Shown one piece after another: positions 44,935 through 58,664 of a stretch of DNA of 64,000 nucleotides; the first letter of the stretch is position 1, and each line of letters begins with the position of its first letter. Source of the DNA: Lepidodermella squamata. Its lineage: Eukaryota; Animalia; Gastrotricha. Below the pieces are notes generated by a model. That model was not told the origin of the DNA and made no database searches. It worked only from the letters and a program-made list of their open reading frames with translations. The DNA lies in NCBI GenBank assembly GCA_047495785.1, contig JBLDXI010000025.1, positions 558,001-622,000 of the forward strand, given 5' to 3'. A program made the translations under genes and the position numbers.

Positions 44935-47264
44935 ATGCTTATTTTGAAGAACGATATTTTATGCTTTATTTTGATTTTCGCTCCGGTCGAACGAAATGAC
45001 GCCTCCAAAGCCAAGCTGCTGCTTCCAGTCATGGTCGGCGGCGGGGAAGCAACCAACGCTACATTCTACGCTCTTGCCGACTACGTCAACAACAGATCTG
45101 ACATATTGAGTGGCTTCGAAATAATTCCATACCCTTTCGAAGACGATGATGCTTTCGTGTTGAATGTAAAAGCTCGAGAGATTCTAGAGGCTGAATTGCC
45201 TGAAGACACATTCATGTCCCCCCTATTGATCGGCCCCGATGGAGGCTGTGATTTGACAGCTGGGACGTTTCGAGGCATAAACATGGTCATGGTATGCTAA
45301 AACAAGTTATCTTAATAGCATAATTTGACTTTATTCCACTTTCAGGTCACTCATAATTGTGCCGGACCTTACGTCAACTCGCGGCGTTCTAGATTTTTCA
45401 ACAACTTGTACTCAACCCTCGGCTCACAGGACGCTTACAAATATGCCGTGCTCGAGGCCGTCCGAAGCCTGGGCAAGTGGCGCCAGGTCGGTATTTTCTA
45501 CTCGTGGTGGCTTCGTGAGAATGCGATGGCTGCTCGCAATCTGTTCAGCGTCTTAACCAGCAATGCAATAACGGTTAAAGAGTTTGTAGCTGTTGAAAGA
45601 TTCGACCTCGCAAGTGATGACGATTTTAAGGCACTTCTCGATGTCCGCATAGTAATCTTCTATCCACAAGGTGCGAAAGAATGCCTGTATTTCCTGTGCC
45701 GGGCCTATTCTTTAGGAATTCGAGCACCGCATTACCATTTTATAACAGCCATTCCTGCTTGTCTGACGATAGGCATTGAGCAGGGAATTCCAGGTTGTAG
45801 CCGTGAAGTTTCCAACCTGCAACTCTCTGCCACGTTTTTCGTCGGAATTCCTCCCATCCCGTTTTCGTTCCCCGATCAATCGAGTTTGGGGCTTACCCGA
45901 GAAACCTTTGACCAACTCCTAGATGATAAGCTATCAATCTATCCGTATCAGGTTTTCGACTATTCTGTTCGCTATGCCTGCCATGATGCAATGATGGCGG
46001 CAGTAATGGTCCTTAATCGCACAGAATCAACGTTGAGGACAGAATACAACTTTTCGCTAAGTGACTACGCAGATCCAAGTAGGAAAAGTATTGTGTACAA
46101 AATTGCGAATCGAAGTGCAGCTCAGATGGATTTGGTCGGCTTTAGAAACCCTAGAATTCAAAGGGACCAACATGGCGAAATGTTCCAAGACATTTCAATA
46201 ATGCAGCCTTTTAATTCGAAGCCTCGATTAGTCGCTCACATATCGCGCGACTACGACTCAGGATCTTTTTCCTTCAAACTTGACGCTCCACCGATCTGGG
46301 CAACTGCGAATGGACAAGCTCCTAAAGATTTATCTGCCATTGAACGGAGAGTTGGATATTGCGGTGGAGGAATTAATGATCCAGTAGCATGTTTGTCTGC
46401 ATTTGTCAGTCTAATCCAAGTTGCAATCATGAGATCCTCTGTAAAATTCAAGGCGGAATTATTTTGGGCTAATTGGAAGAAATATCTCGTTTTCTTAACC
46501 TGCTTATCAATCAATGGGTCAGCTGTTTTTCTAACGGTTGGTCATGATTATTCGCCAGTTTCTGAATGCAAATGGCGGCCGTTTCCAACCGGCGTGACTA
46601 TAAGCCTCCTTAACAGCATTATATTCAGTCAAATTGTTGTCTACAGCAAATTTGTCAAAGTACGACGTTTCCGAGTCCATGACCGCACTCTGAGATACGT
46701 TAACAATTTCCGCCCAAAGCAAGGCTTTGTTCTTACGATGAACTTAGCTGCTACTCTCCTCAGCAATCGATACCATAACCAGCTGAAGATGCTGCAAATT
46801 TTTGGGGCAACACTGCCAATTAGTGCTTTTCTTCTGTTTTTCTGACTGACCCTATGGAGGTGAGCTTCAAGAGGCTCCCGCTCGCTTTTGACTCGAATAT
46901 TGATACATATTTCAACCTTGATGTAATGCATTGCCGTTCTACGAACATGACTTATTGGTTAGGGGCGATTCTCGCCTATAACTTCGTCTTAATTCTTCTG
47001 TCTAACATGTTCTCATTCACGCTAAGGCGCAGAGTGATGCCGCATGAGTTCGCGCTAAGCTGCCGGCTAATCAGAATAGCGGCTGCGAATTGTCTGACGA
47101 TGCTTGCAGCTGCTGTGCTCCTGCTTGTCGTTCTATCACCATCTTCCGACACGCCGTGCATGTTTAATGCCGTGTTAGCGTTCATCGAATTGATTTTTTC
47201 TGCCGTGATGAGCGCAATACTCCTGTTTCCAGTTTCTGTCAGAGTTGAAAAAGCTGGACTGTGA
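44935..47264 (+). pseudogene. Class C GPCR copy 2, frameshifted in TM4; exons 44935-45291, 45346-47264 (pseudogene or sequencing indel)
   Basis: The frame stops at 46845 while homology continues in another frame (TDPMEV..HCRSTN..MPHEFALSC). One extra base in the T5 run at 46837-46841 would restore it. Confidence 0.7.
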
Positions 47265-47466
47265 AAAATGGGATTGAGTTAGTCTGGAAGATGCGCTCAC
47301 CTGTTGTTTCGTTGAAATGTTAATTGCTTATGAAATTAGAAAGAGCCGTGATAAGTACCTATTTTGCTGATAATTTATTCGAACCTTCGTTGCATGGGTT
47401 GAATTCAGCTTTCAGCTGGAAATTTCCTCGAAACAGTTGGATTGATAAATTAATGCTGGGTTGAAT

Positions 47467-49837
47467 TCATTGCATTACAACGGCTACTGGGAATAGTAGA
47501 ACACTTGACATAACGGAAGAGTACATCAGCTGGCACACAGCCAAAGCAAGGTTCACAGAACAAGAACTACCCGAATTCGCTACAACAATTACTATAAGAA
47601 AACCAGCGCCTAGAATACTCAAACTGACCACGGCAGCGATCCTGAATAAAGAGACAGTTAACGAAATATCGACCGGAAATGTGATCTTCCTGATTTTGAG
47701 AGAGAAAAAGTTGGCCGCAAGATTGGTTAGGCAAACAATGATCAAATAAGCCGCTAGCCAATACGTGGCATTATTTGAGGTGCACTGCGGAGTTGCGATA
47801 TCATAATAGGTATCTCGGAATACATCAAAACGTATTTCCGAAGTTTGAAGAGTTATGGTTAACGGCTCAGCAATCATCCATACGCTGAGAAGTAACAATT
47901 TCACTGAAAATGCTAAGCAAAATACTTTGCTGATTATAGAGCTGATTTCGAATTTGCTACTCGACAAAGTTAGAAACATTCGAGATCCAGCGAAAATTAC
48001 TTGATTTGGCGCTGTATCCTCCTCGCAAAACCCGCCGGCTATGCTGGCTCTCATCGCCGACTTGAGTTGGTTAAAGCCATTCAAATACCGGGGTTCTTTG
48101 TTCTCCTTTCGAACCGTCTTCAGCTTGATCTTTGAGTAGCCGAGCATTTGACTGAATAATAAGCTCTGCAACATGCTGATCCCAACACCGTTCAAAAATG
48201 GCCTCCACTTGCATTCCTCCTTAGAAGCCAAATCATGCCCGATTACGAGGAACAGCGAGGAGGCGTTTATTCCCATGCAACTGACAAATACTAAAATCTT
48301 CTTCCATGCTTCGTGAAAAACGTCATGAGGCAAATTGACTGAGGCTAAGAAAATGGTGAACTGACCTAGGGCTACGATCCCGCTGAAACTTGATACTCCT
48401 ATAATCAAGCCCCTCCCGCATTTTCCGAATCGGTGCTCGATATTCGTCAAATCTTTCGGGACCTTACCATTCCTAGTCGCCCATGTAGGCTCAGCATCAA
48501 GGGCGAAGGTAAAGGAAGAATCCGAAACCTGATACTCTAAGCGAGCCACGAGGCGAGGCTTAAGATCCCGATCAGCCTGAAAGATTGATAGATCCTGATA
48601 ATTTTCGCCATTCCTACCTCGAGTTATTTCCCTACTCCGAAAGCCATTTAGTCTTATCCCAGCAGCTGTTCGATTCGCGATTTTGTAAATGAAATTTCTT
48701 TTAGTTTCGTCTTTGTAGTCCCTGAGGGATAAATTGTAACTATTCTTCAGCGCCGTCTCAGTTCGATTTAATACCAGGAGTGTTGTCATGAATGCGTCGA
48801 AGCACGCGTACCTTACCACGTCGTCGCCCACAGACTCGTTTACATGAGCTAAATTCCGGTCAACGATAGCATCCAACTCCGTGGGACTGATTCCTAAACT
48901 CGAATTTGTGGGCAATTTGAAGGGCTTCGTGGGCACCCCAACGAAGAAGCTACCCCTGAGTTGATGATCTAAATTCTCTCGAGAACAGTCATCCGGCAGG
49001 TTTATCGATGCCCAAACTAAACAGGCCGGAATTGAAATGATAAAGTGGAATAATGGGGGTCGAATGTTATAGTTATAGGCCCGGCAAAGGAAGTAAGCGC
49101 ATTCCCCAGATCCAGCTGGATACAAAACAATTATCCTGACATTCATCAGCGCTTGGAAATCGGAGTCGGTAGCCTCGGAGAAATACCTAACGCCTATGAA
49201 CTCTTTCACAATAACTTCGTTTTGGGTTAACGTTGCGAAGAGATTTAAGACCCCGATGGCATTATCTCGCAACCACCACGAATAGAAAACCCCGACTTGT
49301 CGCCACTTGCCTATACTTCGAATAGCCTCAAGAACGGCGAATTTATACGAATCAATGGCGGCTAAGGTTGAATAAAGATTGTTGTAGTAGACCCGCCTTC
49401 TCGAGTTGATGTACGCTCCGGCGCAAGATTGCGAAATCTAAAATCTCTAAGTAAACACGATCCTTTCAGAGGGTTTCCGAATTACTTACCATCACCATGT
49501 CGATTCCTCGGAAAGACCCAGCCGAAAAATCGCAGGCTCCATCCGGTCCTGTAACAACAGGAGCCATAAATGTGTCATCCGGCAGATCGAGATCCATGAT
49601 TTCTCTGACGAAGTAATTCGAATATTCCGTGTCTGATTCCCAGTTCTCATATGGGACGACTTCATACTCGGGCAGTATTTCAGCACGGCTGTTGACGATT
49701 TCAGCCACAGCATACAGAGTTGCATTCGTAGCGTAGCCATTGCCGTTCATGACAGGCCATAGCAACGTGAACCTCGGCTTGCAATTCACGGCGTGCAGTA
49801 ATGAACTGAAGATAAACATATATTTGAGACGAAGCAT
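47467..49837 (-). CDS. Class C GPCR, GABA-B-like, copy 3 (most divergent), ~772 aa; exons 49837-49490, 49437-47467
   Basis: Same architecture and same phase-0 intron after MVM (52 nt). GPDGAC, GHD..ECKWRPF, W..EP. Confidence 0.88.
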
Positions 49838-50670
49838 TTTCGCTCTCGAAAATTTGTTGTAATATGTTTTGAACGGAACATAGCTTGTTACTCGGGGAAG
49901 CTAATTTTCAGGCGGCGGCTTTATGCTGGCAGTCAGTTACACATGTCGGGGAACGGCCGCATGACCGATCGTCGAGGCGAGCTAATCTTTGCCATGTGAT
50001 CAATGTATGTACCATTAGTCATCGGATGTATGCTGAAGGGGAAGTTCAATTGAGCGAAAAATGCTTCAAGCAAGCGACGAGCCAAAACGCTTCTATGATT
50101 GAACACATGCGCAACACTCTGAGTTCTGAGTCAACCATGGAAACAGCCTTTTTGTTCGAAGTATCCTGTTTTCTGAGTGTTTGTATAAAGAGGGCGATCA
50201 TTTTTTCATTTATCGGCAACTATTTAGGAATAAAAAGTACCGACCCGATTATTTTGGGTGGTTAATGTACTCAGTGGCTAAGCTTCGTATTTTTTTTACT
50301 TCGATCGAGCATCACTCATTCGAAAACATAGTTGTCCTCTATTCCGTATTCGACGGTCGTAATTCAATTGTATTCACTGATACTTCGACGGCACTACTTG
50401 CATCCTGAAGCCGGAACAATCCATGAGGCGAGCAGGTAGGTAGGTGTATAATGAAGGATGACAACAAAATATTTTAGACATTTCCGTTTAAGTTAGAGTG
50501 GAAAGAAATATTTCACGCACACTTCATGTCAACATTATCAGGTTTGCGTAAATCCGGCCTCAGCTAATCATGAGACTAGTCCATCTCAGTTACTCTGATT
50601 TCCATCACCTTGTTGCCATATACCGAAATGTTTGCTGTAATTGCAACAAGCATTGCACATGTTTCTTGCT

Positions 50671-51475
50671 CAGTGCTTCTCTCAACCTTTTTCCGTAGTG
50701 GGCCATTTCCTAACTCATTTTCCATACCTGCGGGCCGCATGGCTTGGGCCCTCGCCGGCGGGCCGCTACCACTGTATTGTAAGAACACATCGGCCCACGT
50801 GTTTATAATGTGAGCGAAATTCAACAGATATTGTTGCTGTTTAGTCGCTAATTTTATTGCCATGAAATTTGAAATAATTCTTTTTTATTAAAAATTGGGC
50901 ATTCATGAGTAGGTATTGAGCATGTATTAGGAATTATCAAATAAGTATCAAGTTTTATGAGCCATTTTTTAAGCTAGCATTTCTGCTCATCGCAAAAAGA
51001 AACTAGAAAATCATAACTGGAATTTATTTACGCCAAATGTTCAAGAACGGGCCTAGAGGGCATTTGAAAAAATTGATTAGCGTGAATGAACGAATAAGGA
51101 AAAAATGAATAAGTGGCTTTATTAATGGTATAAACTGCGTTAAGCTCAGTAGGGTAGCCAGGATTTTTGTTTGAAACATTTTGCGGCATAAAAGCTACTT
51201 GAAAATCAATTCGCGAGCGAAGCGAGCTTTAGCTGACGCTTTTTTGGGCATTTTCAACCCGAAAATAGGCTGACAATGCATTATAATATGGATGACTCAT
51301 GGGAACCCTGTAGTTGGACTTCCGGGCATCGCTTGGACCTTAAAGCTATTTGAAAATGATTGATAACAAGGCTTGCGGGCCGCAACCAATACAAGTTATC
51401 CAGTTGAGTGCTGGGCCGCACAAAATCGGGCTGCGGACCGCATGCGGCCCGAAAAATGAAGGTTGAGAAGCACTG
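50671..51475. mobile_element. hAT-superfamily non-autonomous element (MITE), 805 bp
   Basis: TIRs CAGTGCTTCTC(TC)AACCTT / AAGGTTGAGAAGCACTG, subterminal GCGGGCCGCA motifs, and an 8 bp TSD TTCTTGCT at 50663-50670 and 51476-51483. Confidence 0.92.
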
Positions 51476-51699
51476 TTCTTGCTTGTCTGAAACGGTACCC
51501 TAGAGCCAGAGAGAAAAATATTTGCCAGTGTAACAGAGCGAAATTTATTAGGTCATAAACTTGTAGAATCAAATGTTCCCAGTCCTTTTATAACTTCGGA
51601 TCCTTTTTCACAACATTTCCTTTGATTGCGTTTTTCCTGAGGCACACATTACGATGGCTGTTTTTCATCATTAACCTAGAAGAACGTTCAACGGCTAGT

Positions 51700-54276
51700 A
51701 TGCAAACGATTTTTGCGTTATTCTCGCTTGTCCTATTGCTCACAGTGCATAACGTAACCGCTAGACGTAAGCTATTATGGCCAGCAATGGTAGGTGGATC
51801 AGACCTAGTGAATGCCAGTGTTCACGCCCTTGCAGAATATGTCAATGCACAGCCGAGCTTTCTCACAAAATTCGAGATAGTTCCATATCCACTGCTGCTA
51901 GCCGCTGTAGATTCTGGAAACAGACTAGCCAGGGAATTATTCGAATTGGACCTTCCAGAAGATGCTTACCTAGCTCCTGTACTTACGGGGCCTGATGGAA
52001 ACTGTGATTCGAGCGCTGGTACTTATCGTGGAATCGCCATGGTCATGGTATGGAGTACGCTAATATACCAACATATTCAATATTCAAGGCATTTGTAAAT
52101 TTAGAAAACACCATTTTATAGAAATTTGTATAGAGTTGACGTGAAATTCACTCGCCCGTCTGAGATTGTTTCTACATTTTAAGCCTTTTTCACCCCACTT
52201 ATGTCCTCATTTTTTCCGTTGCTTTCATTCTATTTTCCTCAGATTTCGCAAAGCTGCACTGGGCCTTTTATCGAATCTCGAAAGTCTAAATTCTACAACA
52301 ATCTCTATACGACACTAGGATCTGTGAGCACGTACAAATACGCTTTTCTCGAGGCAATCCGTAGCGTTGGCAACTGGAAGCGAGTCGGGATAATCTATTC
52401 TTGGGGATTTCGTGAAGTGCCAATGCAAGCGTTCGACGCCTTCAATTTGCTTACTATTAACAACATAGAAATCAGTGAGTCAGTTGCAGCTTATTGGTTT
52501 GGTGACATTCAGGATGCTGATCTTCAACCTTTAAAAACGGCTAGAATTATTCTAGTTTTTGCGTCTGGAGCTTTAGAATGTCAGATCTTCTTATGCAAGG
52601 CTTACCATAATGGGATAAGGCCCCCGCTCTATCATTTTATTGTATCTATTCCTGCATGCTTGACTTGGAACCTTGAACGATCGGCCCCAATAAGCAAAAA
52701 CTGTACCAGGGAAATTATCGACACCCAACTATCAGCGTTGTTTGCAATTGGTATTCCAACAATTTTATTTGATATGCCAACAATATCAAGCCTTGGGATG
52801 AGCCCGTCTGATTACGACCAACAGGTTTCCAAGAAGATGCTTCAAGTTAGTGGCTTGACGGTAAGTTACAGCGTACGTTACGCCTATTACGATTCTCAAA
52901 TGTTAACTCTACTGGCCCTAAACGATACTGAAGCTATTCTCAATCGAGATTACAATCTCTCTCTAACCGATTTCAAAGACCCCAAGTACAGGGCTCTGAT
53001 ATATAGTGTTGCTAATCGAAGTGCGGCGGAACTTGACGCCGTTGGATTTCGTAATCCGAGAATCAAGCGAGACATCAACGGCGAAATGTACCAAGACCTA
53101 TCAATAATGCAAGCCTACAATCTAAAGCCTCGTAGAGTCGCATACCTCAGGTACAATCATGAAAACAGGTCATACTCGTTCCAGCTGGATGCTGGACCCG
53201 TATGGGCAACCAAAACAGCCATATCTCCTAACGATTTGTCGACAATCGAGATCAGAATTGGATATTGCGGGGGAGTTCTCAATGCAATAGTCAGCTTCTT
53301 TTCTGTTTTAATAACGTCGATTCAGAGCGTTCTTATGTTGGCTTCGACTCTTGGAAAGCCCGAAATGTTTTACAATAACTGGAAGAAACATTTTGTCTTC
53401 TTCGCTTGTATAAGCCTTAACGTATCGGCCATCTTCCTCACCGTCGGTCACGATTACTTTCCAGCAGCGGAATGCAAGTTGAGACCCCTTTTGATCCCGA
53501 TAAGCTTGAGCATATCCCACGGCCTGATTTTTAGTCAGATTTTCGTCTACAGCAAGTTCGTTAGAGTTAGGACCTACCGTGTGTACAATCGAGCAATTCG
53601 TTACGTCAACAATTTTTCCAAGTTGAATGCATTATTTCAAAGGGTGGCACCAAGCGGCTTGTTTCCTGAAAGTAAAGGTATAGTGAACCAGAGATATGCA
53701 TCCATCATCCTAAGCGATAAGTATAAGAACAATCTTTATATGAAGCGATCGCTCATTGTGAGTACATCAGTCAACTTGGGTTTTGTTCTTCTTTGGATCG
53801 TAACAGAACCTATGCAGATTGATTTCATCAGAAATCCGCTAACCTTTGATGAGGAGGCGGATACTTACTTCGAGTTACACGTCATGTTCTGCTCTTCAGA
53901 TAATTTGAAATACTGGATTGGCACAATTCTTTCATTCAATTTTGGACTAATTTCGCTCGCGAATCTCTTTTCGTTTGATCTGAGACGGCGGGTCATGCCT
54001 AACGAGTTTGCGTTGAGTTGCAAGCTCATCCGGGCAGCTGCAGTGAATGCGCTGACGTTGCTGGCTGCCGGTGTGATTGTATTACGATTGGTCGCTACCT
54101 CTAACCGGCAGTGCGTTGTAAACACTGCGTTAGCTTCAATCGCGCTTATCTACTCCGCGATCATGAGTTTCATTCTGCTGTTGCCGGTTTCAGTGAAGAC
54201 TGTAAAACTGGGATTACCAGCGAAATGGAATTCTGTCTCAATCGAAAGAAACTTCAGGCAACTAAAGAAATCTTGA
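51700..54276 (+). CDS. Class C GPCR, GABA-B-like, copy 4, ~793 aa; exons 51700-52047, 52243-54276
   Basis: Signal peptide MQTIFALFSLVLLL, conserved intron position, open frame with VFT + 7TM. Confidence 0.88.
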
Positions 54277-54893
54277 ATGCTAATAATATTTCCTACTAAT
54301 CGCGAGTCACGATAGTGATACAAATCTAAACTACTTACTTTTATTCTCTATCGCTCCTAAGACTGAGCGAAAAGTGATCGAAATCGTCCCTCTGTCCGCC
54401 CGCTATTTTTGTGCTTACGCTTGGAAGTTTGAAAAGTGCGTTGTTGTACCTCACGGGGGGGGGGGGGGGGGCTAGCGGCTAAAGGAATTAGCCGTGATGG
54501 ATTCCTACGTTTCATCTCCGGATCAAACATTATTAGTAATAATATATGAGGGCGGTATCGTGTCCCCTCGCTGTGCTTTCTTTCCTCATCCCAATCCACT
54601 GCAGCAAATTGACAATAAAACGTATGCGAAATTTCCGTTCTCATTAGGCGTTAGTACTGGGCGATCCAGCGCAATAGTAAGCGAATTGGTGAATCTGAGA
54701 TTTGCAGAGACTCAGAACTGACACTAGATTCTACGGAATAAAAAGTCATAATTCCCTACGGGGGCTGAATCTTCTCAGATTACCTCCCAATAATTTTAGT
54801 AGCAAAATCAGGCGTTGGTCACGTCTCTAGCTAGCTAACAGACTGAGCCACCGATATATAGCAAAATGATGACAAATGCATTAACTGAAAAGT

Positions 54894-57456
54894 ATGCTGG
54901 CGAACTTGGCGCTTCTCTTAGTTGTGACGGTGGCTGTCAGGCCTATCCTTCCAGAAAAGCCGAAGCTGTTATGGCCTGCTATCACAGGCGGTTCTGATCA
55001 AACAAATGCAAGTGTCTATGCACTAGCTAAATATGTCAACAATGGTTCGAATTTGTTGACCAACTTTGAGGTAGTTCCCTACCCATTGGTCTATCTCGAG
55101 GAAGACCAGGTCAATAGAAGGGCTAGACAGCTTTTGGAGATGAATCTGTCAAGCGATACCTACCTGGCTCCAGTTATCACTGGGCCTGATGGTGAATGTG
55201 ACACTGCAGCTGGTTCATATCGTGGTATCAACATGATCATGGTAATATTTTTAAAATGTTGACCGTTTGACCTTTTTTACAGTATCCATAGTCGCAGGTA
55301 AGCAAAAAAAAACTATCCTGTAACTGAAAATCATCCTACATTCTACGACTAAACTTATTTTTGAACTGCGGGAATTCTGGGCTTTTAGAATATTTTTTGA
55401 ATCCCATTCGCATTCCAAGTATTTATTTTTACCGCACATTTTTTCTTCGTTTCAATTTTATCAGATTACCCAAAGCTGTGCTGGACCTTTTATCGAATCT
55501 CGAAGGTCAAAGTTCTTCAACAATCTATATACCACATTAGGATCCGTGACCACGTACAAATTCGCGTTTCTGGAGGCAGTTCGTAGCGTTGGCAAATGGA
55601 AACGGGTCGGTATCATCTACTCATGGTGGCTTCGTGATGTTCCAATGCTGGTTTTCGACACTTTCAAATTGCTAACAGCGAACAAAATCGAGGTTAGTGA
55701 GACTGTGGGGTCCTATTGGTTCGATGAGTTGGAGGATGAGGATTTACAGCCCTTACAAAATGTCAGAGTGGTTCTCATTTTTCCTTATGGAGCCTATGAA
55801 TGTCAGATTTTCCTGTGCAAGGCGTATCACAATGGGATGAGGCCTCCGTTGTATCAATTTATTGCATCGATTCCGGCATGCTTAACATGGAACCTAGGCC
55901 GGGACGTTGCAATTTCGAAAGTTTGTACGAGGGAAATAATCGACATCCAACTATCAGCGTTGTTTGCAGTCGGTATTCCGACAACACCTTTTGAGATGCC
56001 AGCTATGTCAAGCCTTGGCATGAGCCCAGATGAGTACGACGAACGGCTCAACATTGAAATGGCTCATCTAGGCTGGAGCGTTCGTTATTCGGATCATGAC
56101 TCTCAGATGTTCACGCTTCTAGTTCTGAATAAAACTGACGCAAGTCTGCGGCAGGATTACAACCTCTCTCTAACTGATTTCAAGGACCCGAAGTACAGAT
56201 CTCTTGTTTACAATGTTGCCAATCGAAGCGCGGCTGAACTTGAGGCTGTTGGGTTTCGAAACACCAGGATAAAGCGAGATATCAACGGTGAGATGTACCA
56301 AGACCTTTCGATTATGCAAGCATACAACTTGAACGCTCGAAGGGTAGCTCATTTGCCATTCAATTACGAAAAACGGGAATTTTCATTTAAACTTGATGCC
56401 TCGCCAATATGGGCGACCAGAACAGGCCTCTCGCCGAAAGATCTGTCCAACATCGAATTCAGGATTGGATTTTGTGGAGAATTTCTCACCATTCTGGTAG
56501 CTTGCTTGGCTGTATCACTGACTTTGGTTCAGATCCTACTTCTCTCAGCTACAACCCATGCTAAACCTGAGATGTTCTACTACAATTGGAAGAAATACCT
56601 TGTTTTCTTTGCCTGTGTAGGCATGAACTCATCGGCCGTTTTCCTTATATTTGGTCATGATTATTTCCCGGCTACGGAATGTCGATGGAGAATAGTTTTG
56701 ATTTCGACAAGCTTGAGCATGCTTCACAGCCTGATTTTCAGTCAAATTTTCGTCTACAGCAAGTTCGTACGTGTTAGGACCTACCGCGTCTACAATAGAT
56801 GTATTCGCTACGTCAACAACCTTGCGAAGTGGACAGCATCTCTCCGAGTGCGCCCGAGTGATTCGGCGTATGACATTAAAGCTGTTGTCCTTCAAAGACG
56901 CGTGTCAACCCTCCAAAGTGATAGATATAAGAACGAACTGCAGATGTCACAGTCTTTGAGCGCGGTCTTAGCTCTCAACGTTGTTGGGCTACTACTATGG
57001 ATCATCAAAGAGCCCATGCAGCTTGTACTCTTCAGAAATCCAATCGCTTTTGACGAGGCTGCTGATACCTACTTTGAACTAGACGTGACGTATTGTAATT
57101 CGGACAATTTGAGCTACTGGCTAGGTGGAATGCTAGCGTTCAATTTTGCTCTGATTCTGCTTGCCAATTTGTTCTCGCTTGACCTCAGGCGTCGCACCAT
57201 GCCTAATGAATTTGCTCTGAGTTGCAAGCTAATCAGAGCCGCTGCTGTGAATGCGTTAACGATGCTCGCCGCCAGTGTAGTCGTGCTCGTCCTTGTCACG
57301 AAGTCGAACAAACCGTGCATGGTCAACGCAGTATTAGCTTTCATCGAGCTAGTGTACTCCGCGCTAATGAGTTTCGTTCTGCTGCTACCTGTTACCGTCA
57401 AGATCGAGAAACTGGACTCAATAGCTCAATCAAGCAACGCAAATTCAGGTTCTTAG
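54894..57456 (+). CDS. Class C GPCR, GABA-B-like, copy 5, ~779 aa; exons 54894-55241, 55465-57456
   Basis: Signal peptide MLANLALLLVVTVAV, conserved intron position, open frame with VFT + 7TM. Confidence 0.88.
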
Positions 57457-57790
57457 TTCCTCTTTTCAAGGCGATTTTCATATTTACTAGGTACAATAAC
57501 GGAGAAATTATTGTCAACTTGGAAGTAAAAGAGGGAGCAGAAATTAAATAGACATTTTGTCAGATGTTACACGCCTAGCTTCAGTTACTTACTACAACTT
57601 GCCACAAATATTAATCGTTTGTGCTACGCTCAGCCAGCAGTATCCTCCTTCAAGATTGGAAGTGAAGGAAGTGGTGGTGAGGCATGAGAGGGTTCATCCC
57701 TCTTTCGCGAGAATTGATTGCTGGTCTAGCCATCACCTTGCACTAATTTATTTTCAAAAATCGATAGCATAAATGAGCTCTTTTTACATT

Positions 57791-58154
57791 TGCTCTTAGC
57801 ACGCGGATGTTGACGTGGCATTAAGGTTGCGGACGATCCTGCTGACAGGGCGCGGTGGGTGACTGAGAGGTATTGACACCACTTACCCGCGTCGTTAATG
57901 CCGGGAGACGTTGAGGGCTAATTAATCGTATTAATGGCAATTTCGAAAGCCACTTGTCTGCTCGCTAGAGTGAGCTATAACACGAAAACAAGTGGCTTTC
58001 GAAATTGCCATTATTACGATTAATTAGCCCTCAACGTCTCCCGGCATTAACGACGCGGGTAATTGGTGTCAATACCTCTCAGTCACCCACCGCGCCCTGT
58101 CAGCAGGATCGTCCGCAACCTTAATGCCACGTCAACATCCGCGTGCTAAGAGCA
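57791..58154. repeat. Near-perfect foldback palindrome: 167 bp arms, 30 bp spacer
   Basis: 57791-57957 is the reverse complement of 57988-58154, with two mismatches by my count. Confidence 0.95.
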
Positions 58155-58348
58155 CGCGATCAGAGGATTAAGCAGAATATCTTTTATTGTGGCCAATCTT
58201 GACCCGCAAGAAATATCCAAAAAGGGATTTCAGGTCGCTGGAAAATCCAAAATTTGGTTCCGCCAACAGCAAATTTGGTTCCGCTAAAAGGAAGACCTAG
58301 GATTAAGTACCAACTTGAGCAGAACAGTGCAGTTGACCAACGATGCGT

Positions 58349-58664
58349 CGTAGGGCAAAATGGCGAACTGCAAAGTGTAGGCCATGACCCGGCGGTTCTT
58401 TTGACACCGAATTTGGGGACTCAAGGTCTGAGCAGGTCAGTGAAAATGACAGTGAAAAAACGTCGAAATTTTGGATTAGAGCCAGAAAGCAGACCCAAGA
58501 ATTGGACCTAATTATTAGACCCAGATTATGGCGCGACAATCGAAATTTCACTGTTTTTACAAGTTGAATTCTGTGCGTTCCTCGAAGTCTTTGGCCCCAA
58601 ATTTGGTGTCAACAGAACCGCCGGGTCATGGCCTACACCCTGCCGTCGGCCATTTTGCCCTACG
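58349..58664. mobile_element. MITE-like element with ~75 bp imperfect terminal inverted repeats
   Basis: CGTAGGGCAAAATGGC..GTGTAGGCCATGACCCGGCGGTTCT is mirrored by AGAACCGCCGGGTCATGGCCTACAC..GCCATTTTGCCCTACG. Confidence 0.75.

Noticed and set aside
54455-54471. G17 homopolymer
   Set aside because: Simple repeat with no supporting context.
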